Origin: Hellea sp.
GTDB taxonomy: Bacteria > Pseudomonadota > Alphaproteobacteria > Caulobacterales > Maricaulaceae
Reading direction: 5' to 3'
Length of the DNA: 64,000 nt
NCBI GenBank assembly: GCA_020629135.1
Contig: JAHDDX010000003.1
Coordinates: 19,581 to 83,580, forward strand
Within the stretch, counting starts at the first letter, position 1; every line of letters begins with the position of its first letter. Below the pieces are notes generated by a model. It was not told where the DNA came from. It made no database searches and saw nothing but the letters and a program-made list of their open reading frames with translations. Both the position numbers and the translations under genes were made by a program. Shown one piece after another: positions 28,553 through 38,688 of this stretch.

Positions 28553-30505
28553 ATGAGTGACGCTTCAGATCATAGTAAAGTCTATCCCGTTCCGGCGGCA
28601 TTTGCAGCAAAGTCCAATCTTGATGCGGCGGCCTACAAAGAAATGTATGCCCGTTCGATTGCAGACCCTGAAGGATTTTGGGGTGAACAAGGCCGGCGCC
28701 TTAACTGGATGACAGATTATAGCGTTGTCAAAGATGTCAGTTGGGACAAAAATAATCTGTCTGTTAAATGGTATTCGGACGGCGTTTTGAATGTCACGGA
28801 AAATTGCCTGGACCGCCATTTAGAGGCGAGGGGAGATAAACCTGCTATTATCTGGGAAGGCAATGATCCCTCCGTTTCGAAAACTCTGACTTATCGCGAG
28901 CTTCATTCTGAGGTTTGTCGTTTTGCCAATGTGATGAAAAATCTTGGCGTCAAGAAAGGAGATCGGGTCACTATTTATATGCCAATGGTCATTGAAGCGG
29001 CCTTGGCGATGCTCGCTTGCGCACGTATTGGTGCAGTTCATTCGGTCGTTTTTGGCGGGTTTAGCCCGGAAGCGTTAGCCGGGCGGATCACCGATTGTGA
29101 CAGTACATTCGTAATTACCGCTGATGAGGGCCTGCGCGGCAATAAAACGGTCCCGCTTAAGGCAGCTTGTGATGCGGCTTGTGATATCGCCGGGATCGTC
29201 AAAACCGTTCTTGTTGTCAAAGCTACGGGCGGCGATGTCGAGATGAAGAATGGTCGAGATGTTTGGTTGCATGACGCGCTAGAGGGTGTTTCGGATGATT
29301 GTCCGCCCGAGCCGATGAATGCTGAAGATCCGCTTTTCATACTTTATACCTCCGGGTCTACCGGTAAGCCAAAGGGAGTGCTGCACACCACTGGGGGTTA
29401 TCTGGTCTGGGCTTCTATGACCCATGAATATGTGTTCGATCTGAAAGAAGATGACGTATATTGGTGTTCGGCTGATGTCGGTTGGGTGACCGGACATACC
29501 TATATTGTTTATGGCCCGCTCGCCAATGGTGCGACGACGGTTATGTTCGAGGGTGTCCCGACATGGCCGGATGCGTCACGGTTTTGGCGGGTCTGCGATA
29601 AACATAAAGTCAGTTTATTTTATACCGCGCCAACAGCTATTCGGGCGCTAATGCGGGAAGGCGAGGATTTCGTGAAAGCCACGGACAGGTCTTCAATCCG
29701 AATTTTGGGAACGGTAGGCGAGCCGATTAATCCTGAGGCATGGGAATGGTATTTCCATGTGGTCGGCGATGGTCGCTGCCCAATCGTTGATACCTGGTGG
29801 CAGACCGAAACCGGCGGCGCGATGATCGTGCCTTTGCCGGGAACAACCGATATGAAGCCCGGCGCAGGCTCTCATCCTTTTTTTGGTATAGAGCCGGCAT
29901 TGGTCGATGCAGATGGTCAAGAATTAGACGGTGAAACAGAAGGTAATCTTATCATCAAAAACTCTTGGCCAGGCCAAATGCGGACGGTTTACGGTGATCA
30001 TCAGCGTTTCATTGATACCTATTTCAGTGCTTACCCGGGCAATTACTTCACAGGAGACGGTTGTAGGCGGGACGCGGACGGATTTTATTGGATTACCGGC
30101 CGGGTCGATGACGTGATCAACGTTTCGGGTCACAGAATGGGCACTGCCGAAGTTGAAAGCGCTTTGGTTTCTCACGCCGCCGTTGCCGAATCTGCCGTGG
30201 TTGGCTATCCACACGATATCAAAGGCCAGGGCATTTACGCTTATGTGACGGTCACAGCAGGAACGGAAGTTTCTGAAGAATTACGCAAAGATTTGGTGAA
30301 GCATGTTCGAACGGAAATAGGGCCGATCGCAACGCCGGACCTCATCCAATTTTCGGATGGTTTACCTAAAACGCGCTCTGGGAAAATCATGCGCCGTATC
30401 CTCAGAAAGATTGCTGAGAACAATTACGCCAATCTTGGCGATATTTCGACTTTGGCAGAACCGGGTGTGGTTGACGACCTGATCGAAAACCGGATGAACC
30501 GATAG
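28553..30505 (+). CDS. acs: Acetyl-CoA synthetase (AMP-forming)
   Basis: 650 aa. [15 protein letters not shown]-binding motif, WWQTETGG, and [12 protein letters not shown] containing the acetylatable Lys. Confidence 0.95.
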   Translation: MSDASDHSKVYPVPAAFAAKSNLDAAAYKEMYARSIADPEGFWGEQGRRLNWMTDYSVVKDVSWDKNNLSVKWYSDGVLNVTENCLDRHLEARGDKPAIIWEGNDPSVSKTLTYRELHSEVCRFANVMKNLGVKKGDRVTIYMPMVIEAALAMLACARIGAVHSVVFGGFSPEALAGRITDCDSTFVITADEGLRGNKTVPLKAACDAACDIAGIVKTVLVVKATGGDVEMKNGRDVWLHDALEGVSDDCPPEPMNAEDPLFILYTSGSTGKPKGVLHTTGGYLVWASMTHEYVFDLKEDDVYWCSADVGWVTGHTYIVYGPLANGATTVMFEGVPTWPDASRFWRVCDKHKVSLFYTAPTAIRALMREGEDFVKATDRSSIRILGTVGEPINPEAWEWYFHVVGDGRCPIVDTWWQTETGGAMIVPLPGTTDMKPGAGSHPFFGIEPALVDADGQELDGETEGNLIIKNSWPGQMRTVYGDHQRFIDTYFSAYPGNYFTGDGCRRDADGFYWITGRVDDVINVSGHRMGTAEVESALVSHAAVAESAVVGYPHDIKGQGIYAYVTVTAGTEVSEELRKDLVKHVRTEIGPIATPDLIQFSDGLPKTRSGKIMRRILRKIAENNYANLGDISTLAEPGVVDDLIENRMNR

Positions 30506-30595
30506 TCTTAAGATAATTCTCAAGGCCTGGCCAAAATTCATATTGATCATGGCAGAAATTCAAACCATGTATGGGTTTGAATGGACGAGGTGATT

Positions 30596-31822
30596 ATGTC
30601 GAAGACCTGTATCATTATTGGCGCGTCTCATACGGGCGCGCAATTAGCGGTCAGCCTGCGCCAAAGCGGTTGGGATGACCAAATAATTTTGATTGGGGAT
30701 GAGGCAGACCTTCCATATCATCGGCCACCATTATCAAAAGACTTTATGTCGGGAGATAAGGCAATTGATGACATCTTAATTCGTCCCGCCAAGGTGTATG
30801 AAGATGCGAACATTGAATTGCGCCTTAATTCCCGCGTCATCGAAATTAATCGAGACGCCAAACAAGTTGTCACAAAGGGTGGAGATGTCCTGACATATGA
30901 TAAACTTGTGCTGGCAACTGGCGCGCGGGTCAGGCATCTGCCTATACCGGGAGCTGACTTAGAGAATGTATTTTATCTGCGAGATACGAATGACGTTCGC
31001 GCCATTAAATCACAAGTCAAACCGGGACGCCGCGCGGTTATAATTGGCGGCGGTTATATTGGATTGGAAACGGCCGCCTCTTTGCGAAAGCAGGGCATGG
31101 ACGTGACGGTTTTGGAGGCCATGGACCGCATTCTTCAGCGGGTGACCGCCCCTGTAATGTCAGATTTCTATCGCCGTATTCATACCGAAGAGGGCGTGCA
31201 AATCATTGAAAATGAAATGGCGTCCGAGATCAAAACAGAAAACAACGCACTTTCTGTGGTGACAAAATCAGAGGCAAACTACAGAGCTGATATGGTCATT
31301 ATTGGGATTGGCGTGATCCCAAATACTGAATTGGCGGAGCAATCCGGATTGGAAGTCGGTAATGGTATTATCGTCAATGAGTTCGCCCAAACCTCGGATC
31401 CGGATATTTATGCCGCAGGGGACGTAACCTGGCACTATAACCCAATCTATGACACACATTTGCGCTTGGAGAGTGTGCCCAATGCCACGGAACAGGCCAA
31501 AACGGTTGCTTTACATATCAATGGCAAGCCCAAACCTTATAACTCATTACCCTGGTTCTGGTCAGATCAGTTTGATCTTAAATTGCAAATCGCCGGATTA
31601 TCTCAGGGTTTTGACGACATCATTTTACGCGGCAATCCCGAGAGCGGCCGCGTGTTGGCCGCGTTTTATTTTAAAGGCGATCAATTCCTCGCGGTAGATG
31701 CGGTTAATGCCCCGCGTGAATTTATGTTTTCGCGCATGGCCCTGACTAAAGGCCATAAATTGGATAAATCCATTTTATCGGATTTGGACGCGGATCTAAA
31801 ATCCGCAATCATCACGGGTTAA
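30596..31822 (+). CDS. FAD-dependent NAD(P)H:ferredoxin/rubredoxin reductase-family oxidoreductase
   Basis: Two dinucleotide-binding motifs (CIIIGASHTGAQLA, VIIGGGYIGLE), AAGDV, and a C-terminal Reductase_C-like domain (PWFWSDQFDLKLQIAG). No partner oxygenase or ferredoxin gene is adjacent. Confidence 0.8.
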   Translation: MSKTCIIIGASHTGAQLAVSLRQSGWDDQIILIGDEADLPYHRPPLSKDFMSGDKAIDDILIRPAKVYEDANIELRLNSRVIEINRDAKQVVTKGGDVLTYDKLVLATGARVRHLPIPGADLENVFYLRDTNDVRAIKSQVKPGRRAVIIGGGYIGLETAASLRKQGMDVTVLEAMDRILQRVTAPVMSDFYRRIHTEEGVQIIENEMASEIKTENNALSVVTKSEANYRADMVIIGIGVIPNTELAEQSGLEVGNGIIVNEFAQTSDPDIYAAGDVTWHYNPIYDTHLRLESVPNATEQAKTVALHINGKPKPYNSLPWFWSDQFDLKLQIAGLSQGFDDIILRGNPESGRVLAAFYFKGDQFLAVDAVNAPREFMFSRMALTKGHKLDKSILSDLDADLKSAIITG

Positions 31823-31892
31823 ACTTAAAAAAGTAGAATCGCGCAGAGATCGGTTAACATTATACTAACCCTGATTGCCGATAGCATCCGAT

Positions 31893-32201
31893 ATGGAGCG
31901 TTTACTTAAATTGCGTCGGGAATGGCCTATCATGGCGATTTGCGCATTTTATATTTATCTGGCCTTTCACGCCTTGAGTGGCAGTCAGGGCCTGATGCGC
32001 TGGGTTGATTATGAAAAAGATATCGTAAGATATGAAAAGCAACTGGCGGCTATGACCGAAGAACGGGCGCAACTGACCAGGCGCGCCAATGCACTTCGAA
32101 CGGACCAATTGGACCTGGATGCGTTGGAAATTAAGGCCAGAGAATATTTATTTGTTGCCAGACCCGAGGAATTGACGATTTGGCTTGACCAGACCCCCTA
32201 A
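31893..32201 (+). CDS. ftsB: Septum formation initiator family protein (FtsB/DivIC-like)
   Basis: About 102 aa with one TM helix followed by a coiled coil (YEKQLAAMTEERAQLTRRANALR). It sits in the conserved alphaproteobacterial position upstream of pdhA. Confidence 0.7.
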   Translation: MERLLKLRREWPIMAICAFYIYLAFHALSGSQGLMRWVDYEKDIVRYEKQLAAMTEERAQLTRRANALRTDQLDLDALEIKAREYLFVARPEELTIWLDQTP

Positions 32202-32244
32202 AAGCCGCCATTAGACCCCGCAAACCAAAGCGAGGTTTTCCTTC

Positions 32245-33252
32245 ATGGCCCCCCAAAAGAAACGCGCCGCGTCCACAAAAAAACTTAAAACGACCAAAAA
32301 GGAACTTACGGAACTTTACCGTGAAATGCTCCTCATCCGCCGTTTCGAGGAAAAGGCGGGTCAGCTTTACGGTATGGGGCAGATCGCCGGATTTTGTCAC
32401 CTTTACATCGGACAGGAAGCTGTCGTTGTCGGCATGCGTTCAGCCATGAAAGACGGGGATCAGATGATCACTTCTTATAGGGATCACGGCCATATGCTGG
32501 CTTGTGGAATGACCCCGCGAGGCGTGATGGCGGAGCTAACCGGACGTATCGGTGGATATTCGCGGGGCAAGGGCGGATCCATGCATATGTTTTCCGTCGA
32601 GAAAAAATTCTATGGCGGGCACGGTATTGTCGGCGCTCAAGTGCCGATTGGCGCAGGTTTGGGCTTTGCCAATAAATATCTGGATAACGGGTCAGTCAGC
32701 GTTGCCTTTTTCGGAGACGGCGCGGCCAATCAAGGACAGGTCTATGAGACTTTTAACATGGCCGAACTTTGGGATCTTCCAGTCATTTTCGTAATTGAAA
32801 ATAACCAATATGCCATGGGAACTTCGGTTGAACGATCTTCTTCTGAAACTGAACTTTACAAAAGAGGGATTAGCTTCGGCATTGAAGGCGTACAGGTCGA
32901 TGGTATGAATGTTCTTGCCGTTCGGGATGCTGGCGCCAAGGCCTTAAAACATGCCCGCAGTGGCAAGGGGCCTATGATCCTTGAGATGAAGACCTATCGC
33001 TATCGCGGCCATTCAATGTCTGATCCGGCGAAATACCGCACACGTGATGAAGTCAAAGAAGTTCGCGGTGAACGCGACCCGATTGATTCCGTCAAAGACA
33101 GACTAATTGATGAAGGCTGGGCCGACCTCGATAGCCTGAAAGAAATCGATAAAGAGATTAAAGCCATTGTGGCCGACTCGGCCGAATTTGCACAAACATC
33201 GCCTGAGCCAGATCCGAGCGAGCTTTATACGGATGTATTGTTGGAGGTTTAA
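32245..33252 (+). CDS. pdhA: Pyruvate dehydrogenase E1 component, alpha subunit
   Basis: 335 aa with the TPP-binding motif GDGAANQGQVYETFNMA...NNQYAMGT. Confidence 0.95.
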   Translation: MAPQKKRAASTKKLKTTKKELTELYREMLLIRRFEEKAGQLYGMGQIAGFCHLYIGQEAVVVGMRSAMKDGDQMITSYRDHGHMLACGMTPRGVMAELTGRIGGYSRGKGGSMHMFSVEKKFYGGHGIVGAQVPIGAGLGFANKYLDNGSVSVAFFGDGAANQGQVYETFNMAELWDLPVIFVIENNQYAMGTSVERSSSETELYKRGISFGIEGVQVDGMNVLAVRDAGAKALKHARSGKGPMILEMKTYRYRGHSMSDPAKYRTRDEVKEVRGERDPIDSVKDRLIDEGWADLDSLKEIDKEIKAIVADSAEFAQTSPEPDPSELYTDVLLEV

Positions 33253-33254
33253 TC

Positions 33255-33647
33255 ATGTCTGCTGAAATTTGTTATCTGATCGCCAGCTTGACCTTGTTCG
33301 TAGTGATGGTCATCTGTCAGGCGCTGTTTTCAGTTAAAGAACATGGGCTGGTTCCACTAGCTGGTGCCCGCGATGGTATTGACGATCAAAAAATACTGAC
33401 TCAGCGCGCTAAGCGGGCCAACCAGAACATGATCGAAAGTCTGATCCTGTTTGCGCCAGTGGTTTTGATCGCCGCGCATCTGGGAGTTTCAAATTCCATG
33501 ACCATTCTAGGCGCAAAAATGTTTTTCTTTGGTCGTTTGCTTTATGCTCCGATCTACTGGTTTGGCGTTCCATGGCTCAGAACCGTTGTCTGGGGCGTCG
33601 CTTTGGCCGGTATTCTGCTGATCCTGTTCCAAGCCTTGCCGCTCTAA
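33255..33647 (+). CDS. MAPEG-family membrane protein
   Basis: 130 aa with 3-4 TM helices. The RAKRANQNMIESLILFAP motif resembles the MAPEG RAxxNxxEnxxxF signature. Confidence 0.6.
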   Translation: MSAEICYLIASLTLFVVMVICQALFSVKEHGLVPLAGARDGIDDQKILTQRAKRANQNMIESLILFAPVVLIAAHLGVSNSMTILGAKMFFFGRLLYAPIYWFGVPWLRTVVWGVALAGILLILFQALPL

Positions 33648-33661
33648 GGAGTTTATTCTGA

Positions 33662-33910
33662 ATGGCTATTGATATTAAAATGCCGGCGCTCTCGCCAACG
33701 ATGGAAGAGGGCACATTGGCCAAATGGCTCGTCAAAGAAGGCGACAGCGTCGCCTCCGGTGATGTGCTGGCGGAAATCGAAACCGATAAAGCGACCATGG
33801 AAGTCGAATCTATCGACGAGGGCGTGGTCGGGAAAATCCTGATTTCTGAGGGTACGGATAATGTGAAAGTGGGCGAAGTCATCTTGCAATTGCTCGAAGA
33901 CGGCGAAGAC
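33662..33910 (+). repeat. Lipoyl-domain coding repeat, copy 1 (in pdhB)
   Basis: 83 codons from [20 protein letters not shown] to LLEDGED, paralogous at both protein and DNA level to 35045-35293. Confidence 0.8.
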
Positions 33911-35041
33911 AGCAGTGCATTATCAGCGCCAGTCAGCGCACCTGGGGCAGCCCCTGTTCCGGCTGCGGCTCCGGTAGTTGAAACTCCGCAAGTTTCACCG
34001 TCTGATGCTACACCCGCCAATGTACCGTCAGATCCGGACGTGCCCACAAATATCAAAATGATGGATATTACGGTTCGCGATGCCCTTCGGGATGCCATGG
34101 CTGAAGAAATGCGTCGTGATCCGACCGTGTTCGTTATGGGTGAAGAGGTGGCTGAGTATCAGGGCGCCTATAAGGTCACGCGCGAACTCTTGCAGGAATT
34201 TGGCGATAAGCGCGTTGTCGATACGCCGATTACCGAACATGGTTTTGCCGGTATTGGCGTGGGGGCGGCCATGGGTGGGCTTAAGCCGATTGTCGAATTC
34301 ATGACTTTCAACTTCGCCATGCAAGCCATTGATCATATTATAAATTCTGCCGCTAAGACGCTTTATATGTCGGGCGGTCAAATGCGTTGTCCGATTGTGT
34401 TCCGCGGACCAAATGGGGCAGCGTCGCGTGTGGGTGCGCAACACTCACAAGATTACTCGAGCTGGTATGCCCATGTGCCGGGCCTGAAGGTTATCGCCCC
34501 TTACGACGCGGCCGATGCCAAGGGCCTTCTAAAAGCGGCCATTCGCGATCCTAATCCGATCGTCTTCCTTGAACATGAGCTATTATACGGCGAAAATTTC
34601 CAGCTGCCGGATATGGATGATTTCGTTATTCCAATCGGCAAGGCCAAAATTCGCCGCGAAGGATCAGACGTCACTATTGTGGCTCATTCACGCATGGTCA
34701 AATGGGCGCTTGAAGCCGCAGATATTCTCTCTGGAGAAGGCATTGACGCCGAAGTGATTGATCTTCGAACGCTCCGTCCGCTGGATACTGCGACTGTGAT
34801 AGAGTCCGTCAAGAAGACTAACCGTCTGGTTTGCGCCGAAGAAGGCTGGGGCCAGCACGGCGTCGGCGCTGAAATCGCTGCGGTTGTGACCGATCAGGCT
34901 TTTGATTATCTGGATGCGCCACCCGCGCGTGTGCACCAGGTCGATGTGCCGCTACCTTACGCGGCCAATCTCGAAGCTCTGAGCCTGCCCGGGACGGACG
35001 ACGTTATCGCTGCGGCTAAGAAGGTATGTTACAAGGATTAG
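33662..35041 (+). CDS. pdhB: Pyruvate dehydrogenase E1 component, beta subunit, with N-terminal lipoyl domain
   Basis: 459 aa. Lipoyl domain ([12 protein letters not shown]), Ala/Pro linker, then the transketolase-like E1-beta body. Confidence 0.95.
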   Translation: MAIDIKMPALSPTMEEGTLAKWLVKEGDSVASGDVLAEIETDKATMEVESIDEGVVGKILISEGTDNVKVGEVILQLLEDGEDSSALSAPVSAPGAAPVPAAAPVVETPQVSPSDATPANVPSDPDVPTNIKMMDITVRDALRDAMAEEMRRDPTVFVMGEEVAEYQGAYKVTRELLQEFGDKRVVDTPITEHGFAGIGVGAAMGGLKPIVEFMTFNFAMQAIDHIINSAAKTLYMSGGQMRCPIVFRGPNGAASRVGAQHSQDYSSWYAHVPGLKVIAPYDAADAKGLLKAAIRDPNPIVFLEHELLYGENFQLPDMDDFVIPIGKAKIRREGSDVTIVAHSRMVKWALEAADILSGEGIDAEVIDLRTLRPLDTATVIESVKKTNRLVCAEEGWGQHGVGAEIAAVVTDQAFDYLDAPPARVHQVDVPLPYAANLEALSLPGTDDVIAAAKKVCYKD

Positions 35042-35044
35042 GTC

Positions 35045-35293
35045 ATGCCCATTGAAATTCTAATGCCTGCACTAAGCCCGACCATGGAAGAGGGCACCCT
35101 GGCTAAATGGTTGGTCGCCGAAGGTGATACAGTCAATTCGGGTGATGTTTTGGCAGAAATCGAAACCGACAAAGCGACCATGGAGGTCGAGGCCGTCGAA
35201 GAAGGTGTTATCGCGAAATTATTGGTTTCTGACGGATCGGAGGGCGTGAAAGTCAATGCGCCGATTGCGATCCTGCTTGAAGATGGCGAAGAT
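35045..35293 (+). repeat. Lipoyl-domain coding repeat, copy 2 (in pdhC)
   Basis: See 33662-33910. Long identical runs are visible, for example GAAATCGAAACCGA.AAAGCGACCATGGA.GTCGA. Confidence 0.8.
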
Positions 35294-36373
35294 CAATCTT
35301 CTTTAGAGGGATATTCACCCGGTGCACCTAAGGCGGCGCCTGCTATTGAACCTGCACCCGCTCCAGCGCCAATAAAAGCGCCGAAGGCCCAGCCGGCCCC
35401 TCAGGCCGCAAAATCTCCATCTTCTAATGGCAGCCGGATTAAAGCCTCTCCATTGGCCAAACGCATGGCTGCGGATAAAGGCATTGATTTAAGTGCAGTT
35501 GCTGGCAGTGGTCCAAATGGACGAATTGTTAAGCGTGATGTCGAAGACTTTAAAGCCCAACCGGAGGCGGCACCTGTTCAAGCTCAGCAACAGACAATGG
35601 ATGCAACACCTTCTGTAAGCACGACTGAAGTTGGCATGCCTTTGGGCGGAGGCGCGGAATATCTAACCAGATTGGGCGTGGAACCCGGATCATATGATCT
35701 TATTCCAATGAATAATATTCAGCGCGTTGTCGCAAAACGACTTCTTGAAAGTCATATCAATGTCCCAGATTTTCCGCTGACAATTGATTGCGAAATTGAT
35801 GAGCTTTTGAAAATGCGAAAAGAGCTCAATGCGCAAGCCCCCGAAGGTGTTAAAATCTCGGTCAATGATATGTTGATCCGGGCAAGTGCCTTGGCGCTAA
35901 AACATGTTCCAGATGCAAATGCCAGTTTTACGCCGGACGGCATAGCCGTGCACAAGCATGCGGATGTGGCGGTTGCCGTGGCGATTGACGGCGGCCTTAT
36001 TACGCCGATTGTCCGGCACGCTGAAAATAAGGGTCTTTCGACCATTTCGACAGAAATGAAAGATCTGGCCGGGCGGGCGCGGGACCGCAAACTCAAGCCG
36101 CAGGAATATCAAGGCGGAACTTTCAGTATTTCTAATTTGGGTATGTTTGGCATTCGTGAGTTTGGGTCAATTATCAACGAACCTCATGGCATGATCCTGT
36201 CTGTCGGGGCAGGCGCGCCAAAGCCCGTCGTCAAAGATGGCGCTATAGCGATTGCTACGGTCATGACTGTGACTTTGACCTGCGATCACCGCGTCGTTGA
36301 TGGTGCGCTCGGAGCTAAATGGCTGCAACATTTCAAGCGCTATGTCGAGCAACCCATTACCATGATGCTTTAA
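35045..36373 (+). CDS. pdhC: Dihydrolipoamide acetyltransferase (pyruvate dehydrogenase E2)
   Basis: 442 aa. Lipoyl domain, E3-binding domain ([16 protein letters not shown]) and catalytic domain with DHRVVDG. Confidence 0.93.
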   Translation: MPIEILMPALSPTMEEGTLAKWLVAEGDTVNSGDVLAEIETDKATMEVEAVEEGVIAKLLVSDGSEGVKVNAPIAILLEDGEDQSSLEGYSPGAPKAAPAIEPAPAPAPIKAPKAQPAPQAAKSPSSNGSRIKASPLAKRMAADKGIDLSAVAGSGPNGRIVKRDVEDFKAQPEAAPVQAQQQTMDATPSVSTTEVGMPLGGGAEYLTRLGVEPGSYDLIPMNNIQRVVAKRLLESHINVPDFPLTIDCEIDELLKMRKELNAQAPEGVKISVNDMLIRASALALKHVPDANASFTPDGIAVHKHADVAVAVAIDGGLITPIVRHAENKGLSTISTEMKDLAGRARDRKLKPQEYQGGTFSISNLGMFGIREFGSIINEPHGMILSVGAGAPKPVVKDGAIAIATVMTVTLTCDHRVVDGALGAKWLQHFKRYVEQPITMML

Positions 36374-36438
36374 AGACTGTCTAAATCGGCTGACTTGGCC
36401 CGATTATTGCATTATTTTGGCCAAGAAATGGGTCGAAT

Positions 36439-37209
36439 ATGGATCAGTCAATGTTCATAAAAGCGTCTATTACGACAATTATCGCGGCGATGTTGGCAGG
36501 TGGCGTCGTTTATTACGGCATGCCAAATGGTGAGAGCGGATCGGTTCCGATTAATCAGGTGGATGCGGGTGAGCCGGTCAAGAAGAAGTGGATGGATAAG
36601 TATCTCAAGCCAGGTTCTGAGGCGGAAAAGCCAGTAAAACCGGTTGACGAAACGCCGACGCAAGCTCCGACAAATAATGAAACTTCAGAACAGGACGCCG
36701 CGACTGACATGGCAGTTCCGACCGAATTTGACGGTCTCAATATTGTCGATAATGGCGAAGCAGGTGCTCGCTATTTTCTCTATGAAAACGGCGAATTACG
36801 CGAAATCGAAGAGCTCCCGACGCAGGTTGTCGAAGTCGAAGTCCCGGGTGAGAGCGGCGCAGTCAATGTTTCAAAATCGGCGCGGGAAAAATTCTTAGTC
36901 GCTTCAAGGCAGTCCAAACTCATTGAACAGCCAGAGCTTAAAGATCAGGCGGTAATTGATATGATCGACTTCGCTTTGGCAAATGGATTGTTTCGGGAGG
37001 CTGAATCCGCCGTCAAAGGCATAAATCAGGCGGAACTGCGCGATACGGCCCGCTCCCGGATTGCCAATACCTATGCTTTGCAGGGGCGTTCCAAAGACGC
37101 TTTTCGCATGATCGAAAAAGTCGAGGTGGAGGCTTTGCGCGATGTTATGCGGTTGCAGGCTATTCAGGCGCTGATTGTTCCGGAGCGCTTACCCCAGCCT
37201 ATGCAATAA
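36439..37209 (+). CDS. Hypothetical membrane-anchored protein (N-terminal TM, acidic/Pro-rich linker, helical C-terminal domain)
   Basis: 256-aa ORF filling the pdhC-lpd gap. I recognise no family. Coding status is inferred from ORF length and same-strand operon context. Confidence 0.45.
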   Translation: MDQSMFIKASITTIIAAMLAGGVVYYGMPNGESGSVPINQVDAGEPVKKKWMDKYLKPGSEAEKPVKPVDETPTQAPTNNETSEQDAATDMAVPTEFDGLNIVDNGEAGARYFLYENGELREIEELPTQVVEVEVPGESGAVNVSKSAREKFLVASRQSKLIEQPELKDQAVIDMIDFALANGLFREAESAVKGINQAELRDTARSRIANTYALQGRSKDAFRMIEKVEVEALRDVMRLQAIQALIVPERLPQPMQ

Positions 37210-37292
37210 GACATATCTGACCTGATCCTTTCATTTTTCAGTTAACCTCTTAAAACAACTCGCTATAACGTCCTTTCACAAGAGAGAGCATT

Positions 37293-38687
37293 ATGGCTGA
37301 GACGAATTTTGATGTTGTTATCGTTGGCTCTGGGCCGGGCGGTTATGTGACCGCGATCCGGGCCTCACAATTAGGGTTTAAAACCGCGATTGTCGAAAAA
37401 GAAGCCCTGGGGGGCGTTTGCTTGAATTGGGGCTGTATTCCAACGAAAGCCTTGCTCAGATCGGCTGAAATCTACACACAAATGCAACATGCCGAGAATT
37501 ATGGACTGACTGCCGAAGCGGGATTCGAACTCGGTGCAATCGTCAAACGATCACGTAATATTGCGGGTCAACTTTCGGGCGGTGTGAAGTTTCTAATGAA
37601 GAAACATAAAGTCACGGTCATTGAAGGCTTTGCTCGATTGAAACCCGGAAAACCTGCCCCTATCGTCGCCGTGGACGGCAAAGACTATTCAGCCAAACAC
37701 GTCATTTTGGCGACCGGTGCGCGCGCGCGAACTATTCCGCAAGCGGGACTTGAACCGGACGGTAAATATATCTGGACGGCCAAAGAGGCGATGGTACCGG
37801 ACGGTATGCCCAAAAAGCTTTTGGTCATCGGGTCTGGTGCAATCGGAATGGAGTTTGCGTCTTTTTACAATGCTTTTGGCTCAGACGTTACGGTTGTTGA
37901 AATGGTCGATCGCATCCTGCCCGCAGAAGATGCTGAAATTTCCGCCATGGCGCAAAAGGCCTTCGAAAAACAGGGCATGTCAATCCGAACCTCCACTATG
38001 GTTCAATCTGTCAAAGCGGGCGCAAATTCCATTGCAGCGACACTGACCAAGAACGACAAATCAGAGAATTTGGAATTTGACCGCATTATCCTGGCCATCG
38101 GAATCGTCGGCAATGTCGAAGATATGGGGCTCGAGGCGCTGGGCGTAAAAGTTGATCGTACCCATATTGATGTGGACGCCTATTCGTTTACCGGCGTGCC
38201 GGGACTTTATGCGATTGGAGATGTCACAACGCCGCCCTGGCTGGCCCACAAAGCCTCCCATGAGGGGGTGATCTGTATTGAAAAGATTGCTGGTCAGAAC
38301 CCGCACCCGCTAGACGCCAATTCTATTCCGGGCTGTACATATTGTCATCCGCAAATCGCCAGTGTTGGATTTACAGAAGCCCAGGCGAAAGAGCAGGGGC
38401 ATGACATCAAAGTTGGACGCTTCCCATTTATTGGAAATGGAAAAGCCATCGCATTGGGTGAGCCTGAAGGTCTTATCAAAACCGTTTTTGATGCCAAGAC
38501 TGGCGAATTACTTGGGGCGCACATGATTGGTGCTGAGGTGACCGAGTTGATCCAGGGGTACACAGTCGCGCGTCAGCTTGAGACAACTGAGCATGAATTG
38601 ATGGAAACCGTATTCCCGCATCCGACCCTGTCAGAGATGATGCATGAAGCGGTTCTGGCGGCCTATGACCGGGCGATGCATATTTAG
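37293..38687 (+). CDS. lpdA: Dihydrolipoyl dehydrogenase (E3)
   Basis: 464 aa. VVIVGSGPGGY, redox-active disulfide GGVCLNWGCIPTK, and C-terminal HPTLSE. Confidence 0.95.
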   Translation: MAETNFDVVIVGSGPGGYVTAIRASQLGFKTAIVEKEALGGVCLNWGCIPTKALLRSAEIYTQMQHAENYGLTAEAGFELGAIVKRSRNIAGQLSGGVKFLMKKHKVTVIEGFARLKPGKPAPIVAVDGKDYSAKHVILATGARARTIPQAGLEPDGKYIWTAKEAMVPDGMPKKLLVIGSGAIGMEFASFYNAFGSDVTVVEMVDRILPAEDAEISAMAQKAFEKQGMSIRTSTMVQSVKAGANSIAATLTKNDKSENLEFDRIILAIGIVGNVEDMGLEALGVKVDRTHIDVDAYSFTGVPGLYAIGDVTTPPWLAHKASHEGVICIEKIAGQNPHPLDANSIPGCTYCHPQIASVGFTEAQAKEQGHDIKVGRFPFIGNGKAIALGEPEGLIKTVFDAKTGELLGAHMIGAEVTELIQGYTVARQLETTEHELMETVFPHPTLSEMMHEAVLAAYDRAMHI

Positions 38688-38688
38688 A

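Noticed and set aside
30558-30582. A hairpin ATTCAAACC-N7-GGTTTGAAT after acs, considered as a terminator.
   Set aside because: It has no U-tract and ends only 13 nt before the start of the next gene. It could equally be a UTR structure, and the evidence is insufficient for a feature call.
7921-31822. The hut + GlcNAc region as a genomic island integrated at tRNA-Leu.
   Set aside because: There is no integrase, transposase or phage gene. I could not spot a direct repeat of the tRNA 3' end downstream, and I saw no obvious compositional break by eye. It may be a flexible region, but island status is unsupported.
33577-34098. A 173-aa antisense ORF opposite the pdhB lipoyl-linker region. Similar long shadow ORFs are at 45118-45630 (antisense to ntrC), 11575-12156 (out of frame within hex) and 10193-10573.
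   Set aside because: They have low-complexity Ala/Ser/Thr/Gly or Arg-rich translations and lie entirely inside well-supported genes. They have no RBS or recognisable motif, which is typical of shadow ORFs.
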